A DNA stretch of 64,000 bases from Bacillota bacterium (GCA_021771915.1 JAETNY010000002.1:77825-141824), one strand, 5' to 3'. Positions 38,993 through 49,466 are shown, counted from the stretch's first letter. The notes: generated by a model from the sequence alone, not told the origin. Program-made: numbers and translations.

Positions 38993-40864
38993 TTATTCTG
39001 CAATGTTCTTTGCAAAACGAGTCAACAATGTTGCGATTTCAGCACGAGTAGCGTTGCCCTGCGGCTTCAAAGCACCATTATCACCATTAATCAGGCCTTC
39101 GCCTACTGCCCAGGCAATAGCGCTGTTAGCCCAGCTGCTTACCTTAGCAGCATCACTGAAGCTGGCAATGTTGCCGGCCAGAGTGGTGTCGTATTCCTTA
39201 TAAGCAGCGTAACGGTACAGAATTGCAGCAATCTGTTCACGTGTTACATTATCGTTAGGACCAAAGCGGCCGTCTTCATAACCATTCACGATGTCGTTGC
39301 GAGAAGCCCAGGCAACAGCTGCGCTGTAATACTGGCCACCAGCGGAAACATCTTTAAAGGAAGAAGAAGAAGAAACAGCCGGCTCACCCTCCATGCGATA
39401 CAGAACAGTTACAATCTGCGCACGTGTGGTTTTGTCGTTCGGGCCAAAGCGGCCGTCTTCATAGCCGTTCATCAAACCGTTTTCAGCAACATAGTTAATG
39501 TACTCTGCATACCAAGCGTCAGCAGCTACGTCAGAGAATCTCTTGTCAACATTAGTGGTATTGTCCTTATCGGAACCATCAATCTTAACAAATACAGGTG
39601 TAACCTTAACTTTGCCAGCCGGCATTACAAATGTATACTTGGTGTCGCTAACCTTGGTCAACTCAATGGTGTTGCCTTTCAGGTCAGTAACAGTCAGGCT
39701 GTCCAGTTTGTAGCCGTCAGCAGGTGTTACAGTGATAGTAACAGTCTGGCCACGGGTCGGTCTGGTAGGTGTAACGGTAACTTTACCGCCGGTAACCTTA
39801 GTAGCAATGCTTACATTGCTGCTGGAACCACCGCCACCAACATTGGAACTACCACTATCAACAGCAGTATCAGTCAAAACGATTGTAGAGAAATGTTTAG
39901 CAGAAATAGCAACATTAGCGCCATTATCTACAGAAGTAGCCGAAATACCAGTTTTATCATATTTGCCATCTGCCAAATAATAAGCATAAGGAGTCTTATC
40001 AGCAGCTAAAGGATTTGGTACGGTCAATACAACAGTTGGGTTAGTATCAACAGTAGCTTTAGGCATAACCGGATTGTTATTCAAAGTGAAAGTAACTTCA
40101 TAAGTAGCCTTTACGTTTTCTGCTTTAATACCATTAGCTTCGGTAGTTGCATTATCTTCTTTAGAAACTTTCAGAACAACATCAGCATTCTCTACATTCA
40201 GCTTATCCAAAACTGTCTTAGACAAAGCAATATCACCCAAGTCAGAACGCAGGATAACAGTTGTCTTACCAGTTGTCAAAGTGCCTAACATAGCCTCAAC
40301 AACATCTTTATTCATAGGAACATTTACTGCTTTAACACCAGTATCACCAGATTTAACATTGAACACAACATTAGCATCACCCTTTACTGAGTAAACGCCT
40401 GTATCAGTTGCTGTGTCACTAACAGTAACGGTGGTCGGCAATGTAACATTTGCCACACCAGCTACCGGTTTAACTGTAATCGCATCAGCAGCTACAACCT
40501 CAATATCAACAGTACCAGTATAAGACTGACCATTCAACGCAACAGTAGCTGTAACAGTAGCTGTACCAGCAGCTACACCTTTTACAGTCGCACCCTCGAT
40601 AGTAGCAAAATCATTACCAGCAGTAATTGCATAACTAGGAGTATATTCATCTGTCACAATTTTTGTATCAGCATCAACTTTATATGTTACAGATTCAACA
40701 GATACAGTTGCAGTTTCACCAACACGAATTGTTTTTGAACTCGCATCAGCATTTACAGTATAAGTGTTTTCGCTACCTTCCGCAGCAGCGCCAAAAGCTG
40801 TCATCGGAATCATGGTAAACATCATGCAAAAGATTAACAGCTTAGCCAAAAATTTTTTATTCAT
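38993..40864 (-). CDS. SLH-domain cell-surface protein with N-terminal signal peptide and Ig-like (Big_2-type) repeats
   Basis: The start at MNKKFLAKLLIFCMMFTMIPMTAFGAAAEG is supported by an AAAGGAGAGGG RBS. The middle is Thr/Val-rich beta-repeat sequence. The C-terminus carries three SLH repeats (FSDVAADAWYAEYINYVAENGLMNGYEDGRFGPND...). Confidence 0.8.
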   Translation of the reverse strand: MNKKFLAKLLIFCMMFTMIPMTAFGAAAEGSENTYTVNADASSKTIRVGETATVSVESVTYKVDADTKIVTDEYTPSYAITAGNDFATIEGATVKGVAAGTATVTATVALNGQSYTGTVDIEVVAADAITVKPVAGVANVTLPTTVTVSDTATDTGVYSVKGDANVVFNVKSGDTGVKAVNVPMNKDVVEAMLGTLTTGKTTVILRSDLGDIALSKTVLDKLNVENADVVLKVSKEDNATTEANGIKAENVKATYEVTFTLNNNPVMPKATVDTNPTVVLTVPNPLAADKTPYAYYLADGKYDKTGISATSVDNGANVAISAKHFSTIVLTDTAVDSGSSNVGGGGSSSNVSIATKVTGGKVTVTPTRPTRGQTVTITVTPADGYKLDSLTVTDLKGNTIELTKVSDTKYTFVMPAGKVKVTPVFVKIDGSDKDNTTNVDKRFSDVAADAWYAEYINYVAENGLMNGYEDGRFGPNDKTTRAQIVTVLYRMEGEPAVSSSSSFKDVSAGGQYYSAAVAWASRNDIVNGYEDGRFGPNDNVTREQIAAILYRYAAYKEYDTTLAGNIASFSDAAKVSSWANSAIAWAVGEGLINGDNGALKPQGNATRAEIATLLTRFAKNIAE

Positions 40865-41498
40865 TGTTCTTTGTCCCTCTCCTTTCTTTAACGAAAAATA
40901 ATATAGGTCTGCATAATTTGCAAGCTTTCTAAAAAAGCCATCACCTCCCATTGGCAAGTGTCATGTTCAGCGCCCAAATAGCAACAAAAGGTTAACATGA
41001 TTTCCCACGGCCGGCAAACCCATAACCCCCAAGCAATTTGATTTGAACACGCACAAAACCTTCCCTCGGCAAAAATGCAACCGTCCACTGAAGCATTCAT
41101 TTTAGGAAGATTCATTGTCAAAAAAGCAGCCTTTCTTGACAGTGCCTGCTTGCACAGATATAGTTTATCACAAATTTTTTATAAACACAATAATTTTATT
41201 GCATTTTTTCGCTCAAAAAGCAAAAAAATTTATTCCTGAAGCTTTTATAATATTTAAATAAGGTAGTTTTAGTAAAACCGGCAAACCTTGCCATAAATAA
41301 ACCCAAACTTTAAGCAAGAAAAACACTGAATTTTTTTTGATATAATTTCTTAAACCAATTTTAAGACAAGACCGAATATTGTTTATAAACACGCAAAAGC
41401 TCAACGCCATTTTTGCCAAATATTGTAAATTTGCGCAGGAATCTTATCGCCAGCCGCAGAATAGAACAGGCATTATAAAAGCAAAGGAGCATTTGTTC

Positions 41499-41615
41499 AT
41501 GCAACAAAAAATGACTATTCAAAGCTGGTTACAACAAAGAAACCTGATTTTGCAGCCCAGTTTCACTAATGAATTACAGCGACTTGCCGCCGCATATAAA
41601 AAAAGCAGCAGATAA
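41499..41615 (+). CDS. small ORF (38 aa) with a strong RBS
   Basis: AAAGGAG lies 8 nt upstream of ATG, giving MQQKMTIQSWLQQRNLILQPSFTNELQRLAAAYKKSSR. No homology is evident. Confidence 0.2.
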   Translation: MQQKMTIQSWLQQRNLILQPSFTNELQRLAAAYKKSSR

Positions 41616-41665
41616 GCCAGCTAAACAGCATATATCAACTTCTTGGCTGTAATAAAACAGATATT

Positions 41666-42181
41666 TGCCGCTGGCAACGCCAGCCATACAGCACTCACCA
41701 AACTGTCCGAGAGCACAAACTAAAAGTTATAGCCAATTCTGCCAAGCTTTTCTCCTTAACTGAATCACAAACTGAAAGCCTTGCTAATAAAGCCGGGCTT
41801 TCTTTATATGCCAAAGTTAATTTTTTACCCAACCTGCTGCAAAGCTGCGGCCAAAGACAACGCCGCCTGCTTTATCACAGCGCCGTCAGCGAGCGCATGC
41901 TGCAATATTATTTAGCCGGCCGCCAGCCCAGCAAACAGGCGTTGCTGGCTATTCTCATTTTATTAGAACAGGCAGAAACGGAAAAGCAGCTGCAAATAGC
42001 CTTAAACGCGCAGGGCTATTGCCTCTCAAAAAGTCTGGCTAATGATATGATAGTATTCTGGTTTTTGTTTGTACAACGTCCAACGCCTGAGCCAACCGTC
42101 ATTTTGCAAAATATCAACATAACCTTGCATGATTTCAAATTACCAATACTGATGGCTAAACAACTTAATAGGAAATTTTAA
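41666..42181 (+). pseudogene. degenerate ORF (open frame 41657-42181 with no ATG/RBS at its 5' end); possible gene remnant
   Basis: The ORF track only calls 41897-42181. The same frame is open a further 240 nt upstream, with only a TTG candidate at 41666 and no RBS. Confidence 0.25.
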
Positions 42182-42276
42182 CCAAAAGTTACGCATAATT
42201 TCGGAACTTTTAAACTTATATCAACTAAAATTGACATAGCAATAAAATTTTACCAAAATATAAGGAGGTTTTATTT

Positions 42277-43654
42277 ATGTGTAACAGCGTACAGGATTTT
42301 CAAAACAATTTTAATCAGTATTTGACAGAACAGGTGCAAAAAGTTTTTGGCTCGCAGATTGGCGCCAACTTTCGCGCCTTTCAGCACAGCGGTGGTTTCA
42401 ATTATTTCACCAATGACGGCATCAATTATAATCACCTTTCCCTGCCATGTCTGGACTCATTGCTAAAGCAGGACGCAACAGGAGAATACAGTCTGGAAGA
42501 GAGCGGCTTCTCTAAACTGTATTATGACGTGCTCAAAACTACTCGCTACACTCTTTCGCAGAACTCACAACAAAAGGTTAACGATTCGTTAATGCAATCA
42601 GCAGCACAGGCCAGAGAGGTAATCCAACTCTATCCAAAAAAAACTGCCGCCGCTCACTGCGGAAAACCCAAACGACAGGATTATCGAAATATATGAAAAC
42701 TGCGCCGAAGCCTTTGGCGGCGACGTCACGCAGGATTGCAGCATTATTCCCGACATATACAGGACTTTCAAGGTTGCCCTGCAAGAACTTAACAACATGG
42801 CCGAAGAAGCAGCGCAGCTGGTGATGAATGTGGGCAATAAAAACACCTTTTTAACCAATATTCTGAAAAATATGGCTAAACCCGAACAAAAATCCGGCGG
42901 TCTGCCGCTGGACAACGGCAATTTTTACGTCGGCTATGACAAAATCCCGACGCCCAATGAACTGCTTGGCTCCCTGAACACCAGCAAGAACCAGCTGACA
43001 ATTTCCGTCAGCGGCGAAACCTATAACGGCACGGAAATGCACATGCATATGGACAACCAGGGCGATTATATTTTCCCACTTGCCCTACTGATAAATGTTA
43101 TCGGTGTACATCAAAGCCACTTTGATATGGACAAGCTGAAAACCAACCAAACCAATTTCAGCGCGCAAATCACCTATACCGGACTGACCAAGGTGCCAAT
43201 CCAACCACAGCCGGCCGACATCACCGGCAAAAACGGCTGGTACGCAGAAACCGCCATTTTAAACGAAATAAAAGAAAAATCCGAAAATCCCGATGTTGAC
43301 GGTTATCATCTGCAAGGAACTGAATTTGATGTAAAAACGCTTTTCGGCCAGAAGCTGGCCTGTCTGAAAGCCCTGCTTATCAGCCAGATGCCCAGCATCA
43401 CCATTACCATGAGCAACATCAACATGGAATATGCCAAATCTGTTTTCAGTATGGAAAATGACGTTTTTGTAACGCTTTTCGGTTTTATAACGATTGGACA
43501 CCACCATAATTACAGTGAAACCAATGTCTGCTACAACGAGGAACAGGCCAGCGTCACCATAACTTTCCAGCAGCCCAACGTCAGCGGCACGCCGGACCCC
43601 CAAACCGCACACGCATTCATTATGGGCGGCGTCCCCTATTATCCGGGCATGTAA
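42277..43654 (+). CDS. hypothetical protein of about 460 aa, split into two ORFs (42277-42696 and 42797-43654) by a +1 frameshift at an A8 homopolymer (42636-42643)
   Basis: The frame of the second ORF stays open from the poly-A tract to its ATG. Adding or removing one A in A8 fuses the two ORFs. RBS AAGGAGG precedes 42277. No homology was recognised. Confidence 0.5.
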
Positions 43655-43663
43655 GCCGGTAAG

Positions 43664-44344
43664 GTGCTGCTTATGAAATATTTACTCAATTTACCGCCCA
43701 CTCAGGAGGCGCAGGCGCTTAATGTCGACTGGAACAGGCTTGACCAGGAACTTCAGCTGGTTTATAAACTTGACCAGGGAAATCAGGATTATATTTTTGC
43801 CGGTGAATATGACACAGAAGCAGATGATATTGAAGATGATGAAAACGCTATCATAGTGCCAGTATCATCAACCTATATCGGCCCCATAATCTGGAGCGCT
43901 AACACTATTTTTTCCAATATCCTCAGCAGCAGCGGCGACATGCCCCATGACCAGCAAGGGAAAAGCACCAGCTGGCATAATCTGGCAACCGCCGCCGGCA
44001 TCGCCTGGAACTGCCATGCCCAGCAGAATGTATTTTATGATTGCTTTACCGGCCAGCAGGTTGCCAACACACCACAAAAAACCTATGCCTGCGATAATAC
44101 CATTGTCGGCGGCCATGTAATGCCTGTTCAACGGCCAAGCACCGTGGCGCGCAACAGCATTGTTTATGTACTGCCAATCTGCCATAACCACAATTCCATG
44201 GGCATAAATCATAACGGTCAAACGCCTGGCAACGGCAACGGCTTCTTCATGCGCACTAATGCCAACACAGCGGTTATCCAACTCAAAGGCTATATGCCAA
44301 ACAATATGATTTTGCCAAAGCTGGTAAACGCTCCAATAATTTAA
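43664..44344 (+). CDS. hypothetical protein (226 aa) with possible HNH/His-Me-finger-like motif in the C-terminal half
   Basis: It starts 10 nt after the upstream gene, so is probably co-transcribed. The C-terminal half has GGHVMP ... ARN ... ICHNHN ordered like an HNH core; this is speculative. The N-terminus is acidic (DTEADDIEDDENA). Confidence 0.4.
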   Translation: MLLMKYLLNLPPTQEAQALNVDWNRLDQELQLVYKLDQGNQDYIFAGEYDTEADDIEDDENAIIVPVSSTYIGPIIWSANTIFSNILSSSGDMPHDQQGKSTSWHNLATAAGIAWNCHAQQNVFYDCFTGQQVANTPQKTYACDNTIVGGHVMPVQRPSTVARNSIVYVLPICHNHNSMGINHNGQTPGNGNGFFMRTNANTAVIQLKGYMPNNMILPKLVNAPII

Positions 44345-44394
44345 CTTAAAGCGTCAAAAAGCCGCCCAAACCGGGCGGCTTTTCATATATAATA

Positions 44395-45267
44395 TTACAA
44401 ACGAACAATCTCATATTCCCGGCTGCCCAAACCAAGCTCCGCCGCGCGCTCCACTGTATGAATACCGTTGCGCGACTCCATACGCTTAATCAAAGCGGCC
44501 TTGCCCTCGTCAGGCGAGTTATAAACCGCGTCCACACAGGCCTGGTCAACAGCCACCGGGTCAAGCGAAGCAAAAATTCCGATATCGGCCATTTCCGGCT
44601 CATGCGGATTAGCGTCACAATCGCAGTCTATGCTCAAGCGGTTTGCCACATTAATATAAACAATATTCCGGCGCCCCATATAATCCATAACTGATTTATC
44701 GGCCTCCGCCATACATTCCAAAAATGAATCATGGTCGGCTGTCCAGATATCCTCCGGCTTGCCAACGCCATGAATATGCGCTTTGCCATGCGCTGAAGCC
44801 ACGCCAATAGACATATTTTTCAGAGCGCCGCCAAAACCGCCCATCAAATGACCCTTAAAATGCGAAAGCATCAGCATGGAATCATAATTCTGCAAATGAG
44901 CGCCCACATAATTCTCGCTCAAATGACTGCCCTCACCGCCGTTAACAGCCAGGGCAATTTCCCCGTCCTCGTCCATAATATCGCAGGGCGCAATTTCCGG
45001 AAAACCATGCTCCCGAATAGCCTGCCAATGTGCCTCCGTGGTGTTGCGCCGCCCTTCATAGGCCGTGTTACATTCCACAATCGTGCCAGACAACTGCTGC
45101 ACCAAATCCTTAATCAGCGCCGGCTGCAAAAAATTATGGCCGCCCGGTTCGCCGGTGGAAAGCTTAACCGCCACCTTGCCACGCAGCTGCACGCCCAGTG
45201 CCTGATAGATTTTCTGCAAGGCTGCCGCTGATATTTCTTCTGTAAAGTAAACCTTTGCTTTTACCAT
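44395..45267 (-). CDS. DUF362 domain-containing protein
   Basis: About 290 aa from MVKAKVYFT. It is DUF362-like, with DCDCDANPHEPEM near the C-terminus. Confidence 0.6.
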   Translation of the reverse strand: MVKAKVYFTEEISAAALQKIYQALGVQLRGKVAVKLSTGEPGGHNFLQPALIKDLVQQLSGTIVECNTAYEGRRNTTEAHWQAIREHGFPEIAPCDIMDEDGEIALAVNGGEGSHLSENYVGAHLQNYDSMLMLSHFKGHLMGGFGGALKNMSIGVASAHGKAHIHGVGKPEDIWTADHDSFLECMAEADKSVMDYMGRRNIVYINVANRLSIDCDCDANPHEPEMADIGIFASLDPVAVDQACVDAVYNSPDEGKAALIKRMESRNGIHTVERAAELGLGSREYEIVRL

Positions 45268-45429
45268 GTCGGAACCTCCCAAAATTGGATTAAAGTTATG
45301 GATATATTATACATGAGCCCGGCCAAATCCTTTTTTCTTAACATATTTTGTCAATTTTTTTTTGCGCAGCCTGTCTGCCTATAAGCAAAACCTATATATA
45401 TCTATAAAGATTTACTATGCCCTATTCCC

Positions 45430-45458
45430 TTGACAAACCGGCTTTAACCCTGTATCAT
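45430..45458 (+). promoter_or_regulatory. sigma-A promoter for metY
   Basis: TTGACA at 45430-35, a 17-bp spacer, then TATCAT at 45453-58. Confidence 0.45.
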
Positions 45459-45519
45459 TTTAATTGTTCATCAGATATTCAGGTTTTACAATCCATAATT
45501 TGAAAAGAGGTAATTAAAA

Positions 45520-46806
45520 ATGCGTTATACTTATCCGCAATACAAATTTGAAACTATTCAGCTGCATGCCGGCCAGGAACAGCCAGACCCTGCTTCTGAC
45601 GCCCGGGCAGTGCCTATCTATCAGACAACTTCCTATGTTTTTCAAGACTGCGCCCATGCCGCGGCTCGTTTTGCGCTGGCCGAGGAAGGCAATATTTACA
45701 GCCGGCTGACCAACTCCACCACCGACGCTTTTGAACAGCGCATTGCCGCCCTGGAGGGCGGTGTGGCGGCTCTGGGCGTGGCCTCTGGCGCGGCGGCTAT
45801 CGCCTATACGTTTATGAATTTGGCCAGCGCAGGAGAAAATATCGTTTCCGCTCAGACAATCTATGGCGGCACCTATAACCTATTAGCTCACACCCTGCCA
45901 CAATATGGCATCACAACCACCTTTGTTAATGGTGATGACCCACAGAATTTTGCAAGCGCTATTAATGAGCAAACCAAAGCGCTTTTTATAGAAACTATCG
46001 GCAACCCCAACGCTACGCTTATTGACATTGAAGCCGTGGCCGCTATCGCTCATGCTCACAAAATTCCGCTGGTGGTAGACTCCACTTTTGCCACGCCTTA
46101 TCTGGTACGGCCGTTTGAATATGGCGCGGATATTGTCGTCCATTCCGCCACCAAATTTATTGGCGGTCATGGTACGGCTATCGGCGGCGTGATTGTGGAC
46201 AGCGGTAATTTTGACTGGGCCGCCAGCGGCAAATTCCCTGACCTGGTAGAACCCAATCCCAGCTATCACGGCGTTAGTTTCACAGAAACTGCCGGCGCGG
46301 CGGCCTTTGTGACCAAAATCAGAGCCATTCTGCTGCGTGATACGGGCGCAACGCTGGCGCCGCTTCATTCTTTCCTTTTCCTGCAAGGTCTGGAAACGCT
46401 ATCTCTGCGCGTAGAGCGCCATGTGGCAAACACCTTAAAAGTAGTCGATTTTCTGGCCGGACACCCCAACGTGGAAAGCGTTAATCACCCTTCCCTGCCA
46501 GACAACCCCTACCATGCGCTTTATCAGAAATATTTTCCCCATGGCGGCGCTTCAATCTTCACTTTCAACGTCAAGGGCGGCGCGGCGGAGGCGCAGGCGT
46601 TCATCGACAAGCTGCAAGTATTCTCGCTGCTGGCTAATGTGGCCGATGTAAAATCGCTGGTAATTCACCCGGCCAGCACCACCCACGCCCAACTGACTGA
46701 AGCGGAGTTGCTGGAACAGGGCATTAAACCCAACACCGTCCGCCTTTCAATCGGTATTGAGCATATTGATGATATTCTTGCCGATTTGGCACAGGCATTG
46801 GCCTGA
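45520..46806 (+). CDS. metY: O-acetylhomoserine aminocarboxypropyltransferase / sulfhydrylase (PLP-dependent)
   Basis: 428 aa highly similar to MetY/Cys-Met gamma family enzymes ([17 protein letters not shown] ... [10 protein letters not shown] with the PLP lysine). Confidence 0.85.
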   Translation: MRYTYPQYKFETIQLHAGQEQPDPASDARAVPIYQTTSYVFQDCAHAAARFALAEEGNIYSRLTNSTTDAFEQRIAALEGGVAALGVASGAAAIAYTFMNLASAGENIVSAQTIYGGTYNLLAHTLPQYGITTTFVNGDDPQNFASAINEQTKALFIETIGNPNATLIDIEAVAAIAHAHKIPLVVDSTFATPYLVRPFEYGADIVVHSATKFIGGHGTAIGGVIVDSGNFDWAASGKFPDLVEPNPSYHGVSFTETAGAAAFVTKIRAILLRDTGATLAPLHSFLFLQGLETLSLRVERHVANTLKVVDFLAGHPNVESVNHPSLPDNPYHALYQKYFPHGGASIFTFNVKGGAAEAQAFIDKLQVFSLLANVADVKSLVIHPASTTHAQLTEAELLEQGIKPNTVRLSIGIEHIDDILADLAQALA

Positions 46807-46812
46807 AATACA

Positions 46813-46850
46813 AAAATCCTCCGACTTTGCCGGAGGATTTTGTATATTTT
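46813..46850. terminator. bidirectional terminator between convergent metY and the LysR gene
   Basis: An 11-bp stem AAAATCCTCCG / CGGAGGATTTT with T-runs on both strands. Confidence 0.65.
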
Positions 46851-47781
46851 AATTAACCTGTTCACTCAAATATTTTTTTACTTCCTCAATATAAACCTCG
46901 CCAATGCGGCTTAAAATTGCATCGCGTTTAGTAATATAGCCAATTTCCATAACGCTGTTGCGGTTCAAATCATCGGCCGCAAACGGCACGGCCACATAAT
47001 CGCTGCCATTCAACTCCTCGCAGATAATGCCGGAACAAAGCGTATAGCCGTTCAGTCCGACCATCAAATTAAGCATAGTCGCCCTGTCGCCGGCCTTGAT
47101 TACACGCTGATATTCATTTTCACTCAAAATCTCCTCGGCGAAGTAAACAGAACTGTTTTCACCCTGCTCAAACGACAGGCAGGGATAAGCCGCCAGCTGC
47201 GCCAAACTTACGCTGGGCAACTCCGCCAGTGGGTGGCTGCGCCACATATAAACATAAGCTTTGCAGTCAATTAGAGGGTGAAAAGCCAAATCGCGCTCAT
47301 TCAGCAGCTTGATAATAATCTTGCGGTTGAAATCGCTCAGATACAAAAGGCCGATTTCACTTTTCATAATCCCCACATCATCAATAACCTCATAGGTTTT
47401 GGTTTCCCGAATGGCAAATTCATATTGCAAAATGTCAAATTTTTTGACCATTTCCACAAACGCTTTAACCGCAAAAGAATAATGCTGCGTGGACACGCCA
47501 AATTTCTTTTTAATATTGCTGCGCTCCAGGCTGCCATATTTTTCCTGCAACAGCTCATACTGTTGATACACCTGCCGCGCCGACATCAAAAATTCTGCGC
47601 CCTCATTGGTGGGCACAACCCCCTTGCCGGTGCGCAAAAAGATGCTGATACCACATTCCTTTTCCAACTCCTTAATGGCACTGGTCAGGGAGGGCTGGGA
47701 TATATAAAGCGACTCCGCCGCCTTGTTCATGGAGCCAACTTTAGCAATCGTCAGCGCATAAAAAAGCTGTTGTAAGGTCAT
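46849..47781 (-). CDS. LysR family transcriptional regulator
   Basis: N-terminal HTH (LQQLFYALTIAKVGSMNKAAESLYISQPSLTSAIKELE) followed by a LysR substrate-binding domain. It lies directly downstream of luxS. Confidence 0.8.
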   Translation of the reverse strand: MTLQQLFYALTIAKVGSMNKAAESLYISQPSLTSAIKELEKECGISIFLRTGKGVVPTNEGAEFLMSARQVYQQYELLQEKYGSLERSNIKKKFGVSTQHYSFAVKAFVEMVKKFDILQYEFAIRETKTYEVIDDVGIMKSEIGLLYLSDFNRKIIIKLLNERDLAFHPLIDCKAYVYMWRSHPLAELPSVSLAQLAAYPCLSFEQGENSSVYFAEEILSENEYQRVIKAGDRATMLNLMVGLNGYTLCSGIICEELNGSDYVAVPFAADDLNRNSVMEIGYITKRDAILSRIGEVYIEEVKKYLSEQVN

Positions 47782-47809
47782 AATTTATCTCACTTCAATT
47801 CTGATATTT

Positions 47810-48271
47810 TTACTCGGCATACTGCATTTTGACCGGCGTCCAGTCCGCCAGCACCTGCTGCATATCCTGCGCCACCAGCTTGGCGCCCGGCAAATCATGC
47901 TCCAGATAATTTCCACACTCCTGCTGCTTGTTCCCGGGAATTTCGCCCTCAAAATCCACCACATAAGCCAGCGCACCCTGCATCAGGCTGATTGCCTGCT
48001 CCTTGCTCACATCATCACGCAACAACAGATAAAAACCGGTGCGGCAACCCATCGGCCCCACATAAATTACGCTGTCCGCATGTTCAGAATTTCTGGCATA
48101 AGTCGCCAAAAGATGCTCAAAAGTATGCATAGCCGGCGTGGGCAGATAATCTCCCATGTTCGGCTTTTTCATGCGCACATCATAAGTCACCACGTCGCCG
48201 TCAATTCTGGATACATACATACCCTTTTCCAACAAATCATGATTAACTGTAAAACTGGCAATAGTTTTCAT
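47810..48271 (-). CDS. luxS: S-ribosylhomocysteine lyase
   Basis: HTFEH metal-binding motif. The start is taken at MKTIASFTVNH; the longer form in the track begins at a TTG. My reading of the few bases upstream is off by one relative to the track. Confidence 0.8.
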   Translation of the reverse strand: MKTIASFTVNHDLLEKGMYVSRIDGDVVTYDVRMKKPNMGDYLPTPAMHTFEHLLATYARNSEHADSVIYVGPMGCRTGFYLLLRDDVSKEQAISLMQGALAYVVDFEGEIPGNKQQECGNYLEHDLPGAKLVAQDMQQVLADWTPVKMQYAE

Positions 48272-48439
48272 TATTAAAACACCTCTTAATCTATACTTTT
48301 CATATTTTCCCAAGGCAAAATATGCTTCTGCCCATATTGCATATTAAACTATGTTTAATTATAAACCAGCCCAGTTAAAAAGCCAAGCTATAATGCAAAA
48401 AAAATTCTGGCAAAATTTAAATATTTTTGCTGAAAACTC

Positions 48440-48468
48440 TTGACAATCCAGCCATATCATTATATAAT
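48440..48468 (+). promoter_or_regulatory. sigma-A promoter for tRNA-Thr
   Basis: TTGACA at 48440-45, a 17-bp spacer, then TATAAT at 48463-68. Confidence 0.5.
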
Positions 48469-48497
48469 AATACGCGTGGCAAATGATTGCCACAAAT

Positions 48498-48573
<76 letters not shown>

Positions 48574-48578
48574 TTAAA

Positions 48579-48620
48579 AGCAACTTTCTCTATTACCAAA
48601 ATGAGAAAGTTGCTTTTTTA
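48579..48620 (+). terminator. rho-independent terminator after tRNA-Thr
   Basis: A 12-bp stem AGCAACTTTCTC / GAGAAAGTTGCT followed by TTTTTT. Confidence 0.65.
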
Positions 48621-48704
48621 TAATAAAAAACAAATTAACTGATTAAATAATTAAGCCGTCATTTTTTAGGAGAATGACGGCTTAATTTTGCTTCAGATAA
48701 AAAT

Positions 48705-49466
48705 TTAAAAAATTTCCAGACAAACCGGGCAATGGTCACTACCCATAACCTGCGGCAGAATATAAGCGGACTTAATCTGCTCACGCAGCCGCTCGGATAC
48801 CAGAAAATAATCAATACGCCACCCGGCGTTGTTCTGCCGCGCCCGAAAGCGATACGACCACCAAGAATAGGCGCCCTCTTCGTCCGGGTGCAGCAGCCGG
48901 AAACTGTCAATAAAACCGGCCGCCAGCAGTTCCGTCATTTTGGCGCGCTCCTCATCAGAAAAGCCAGCGTTTCCTCGATTGGTTTTGGGATTTTTCAAAT
49001 CAATTTCCTCATGTGCCACATTCATATCCCCACAAATGATTACCGGCTTTTGCTTATCCAGCGCACAAACATACTGGCGCAAGGCGTCCTCCCAGCGCAT
49101 ACGGTAATCCAAACGCGCCAGACCATCCTGCGAGTTCGGCACATATAAATTTACCAGATAAAAATCCGGATATTCCAGCGTAATTGCGCGTCCCTCCGTA
49201 TCATGCTCAACCGTTTCCGGCAGATTCAGACCAATATAAGCGTTTTCCACCGGCTGGCGGCTGAAAATCAGCGTACCGCTGTAACCCTTGCGCTGGGCGC
49301 TGTTCCAAAACTGCTGATAACCGGGCAAATCAATATCTGCCTGACCAGGCTGCATTTTTGTTTCCTGCAAACAAATCATATCCGCATCTATATCTTTAGC
49401 AAAATCATAAAAGCCCTTGCCAATACAGGCGCGCAGCCCATTAACATTCCATGAAATTAAACGCAT
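48705..49466 (-). CDS. xth: exodeoxyribonuclease III
   Basis: 253 aa EEP-family AP endonuclease (MRLISWNVNGLRA ... SDHCPV). Confidence 0.85.
   Translation of the reverse strand: MRLISWNVNGLRACIGKGFYDFAKDIDADMICLQETKMQPGQADIDLPGYQQFWNSAQRKGYSGTLIFSRQPVENAYIGLNLPETVEHDTEGRAITLEYPDFYLVNLYVPNSQDGLARLDYRMRWEDALRQYVCALDKQKPVIICGDMNVAHEEIDLKNPKTNRGNAGFSDEERAKMTELLAAGFIDSFRLLHPDEEGAYSWWSYRFRARQNNAGWRIDYFLVSERLREQIKSAYILPQVMGSDHCPVCLEIF

Noticed and set aside
45283-45519. SAM (S-box) riboswitch upstream of metY
   Set aside because: No S-box core (CTCTTATC..AGAG.GG.GGAGGGA / GGCCC ... GCAACC) is recognisable in the 5' region. Only a sigma-A promoter and a 55-nt leader are present.
47810-48313. 167-aa LuxS ORF from the track, starting at a TTG
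   Set aside because: The N-terminal 14 residues precede the conserved LuxS start MKTIASF. The shorter ATG start was preferred. My manual reading of bases 48296-48301 is one nucleotide short of the track's peptide, so those exact coordinates are uncertain.
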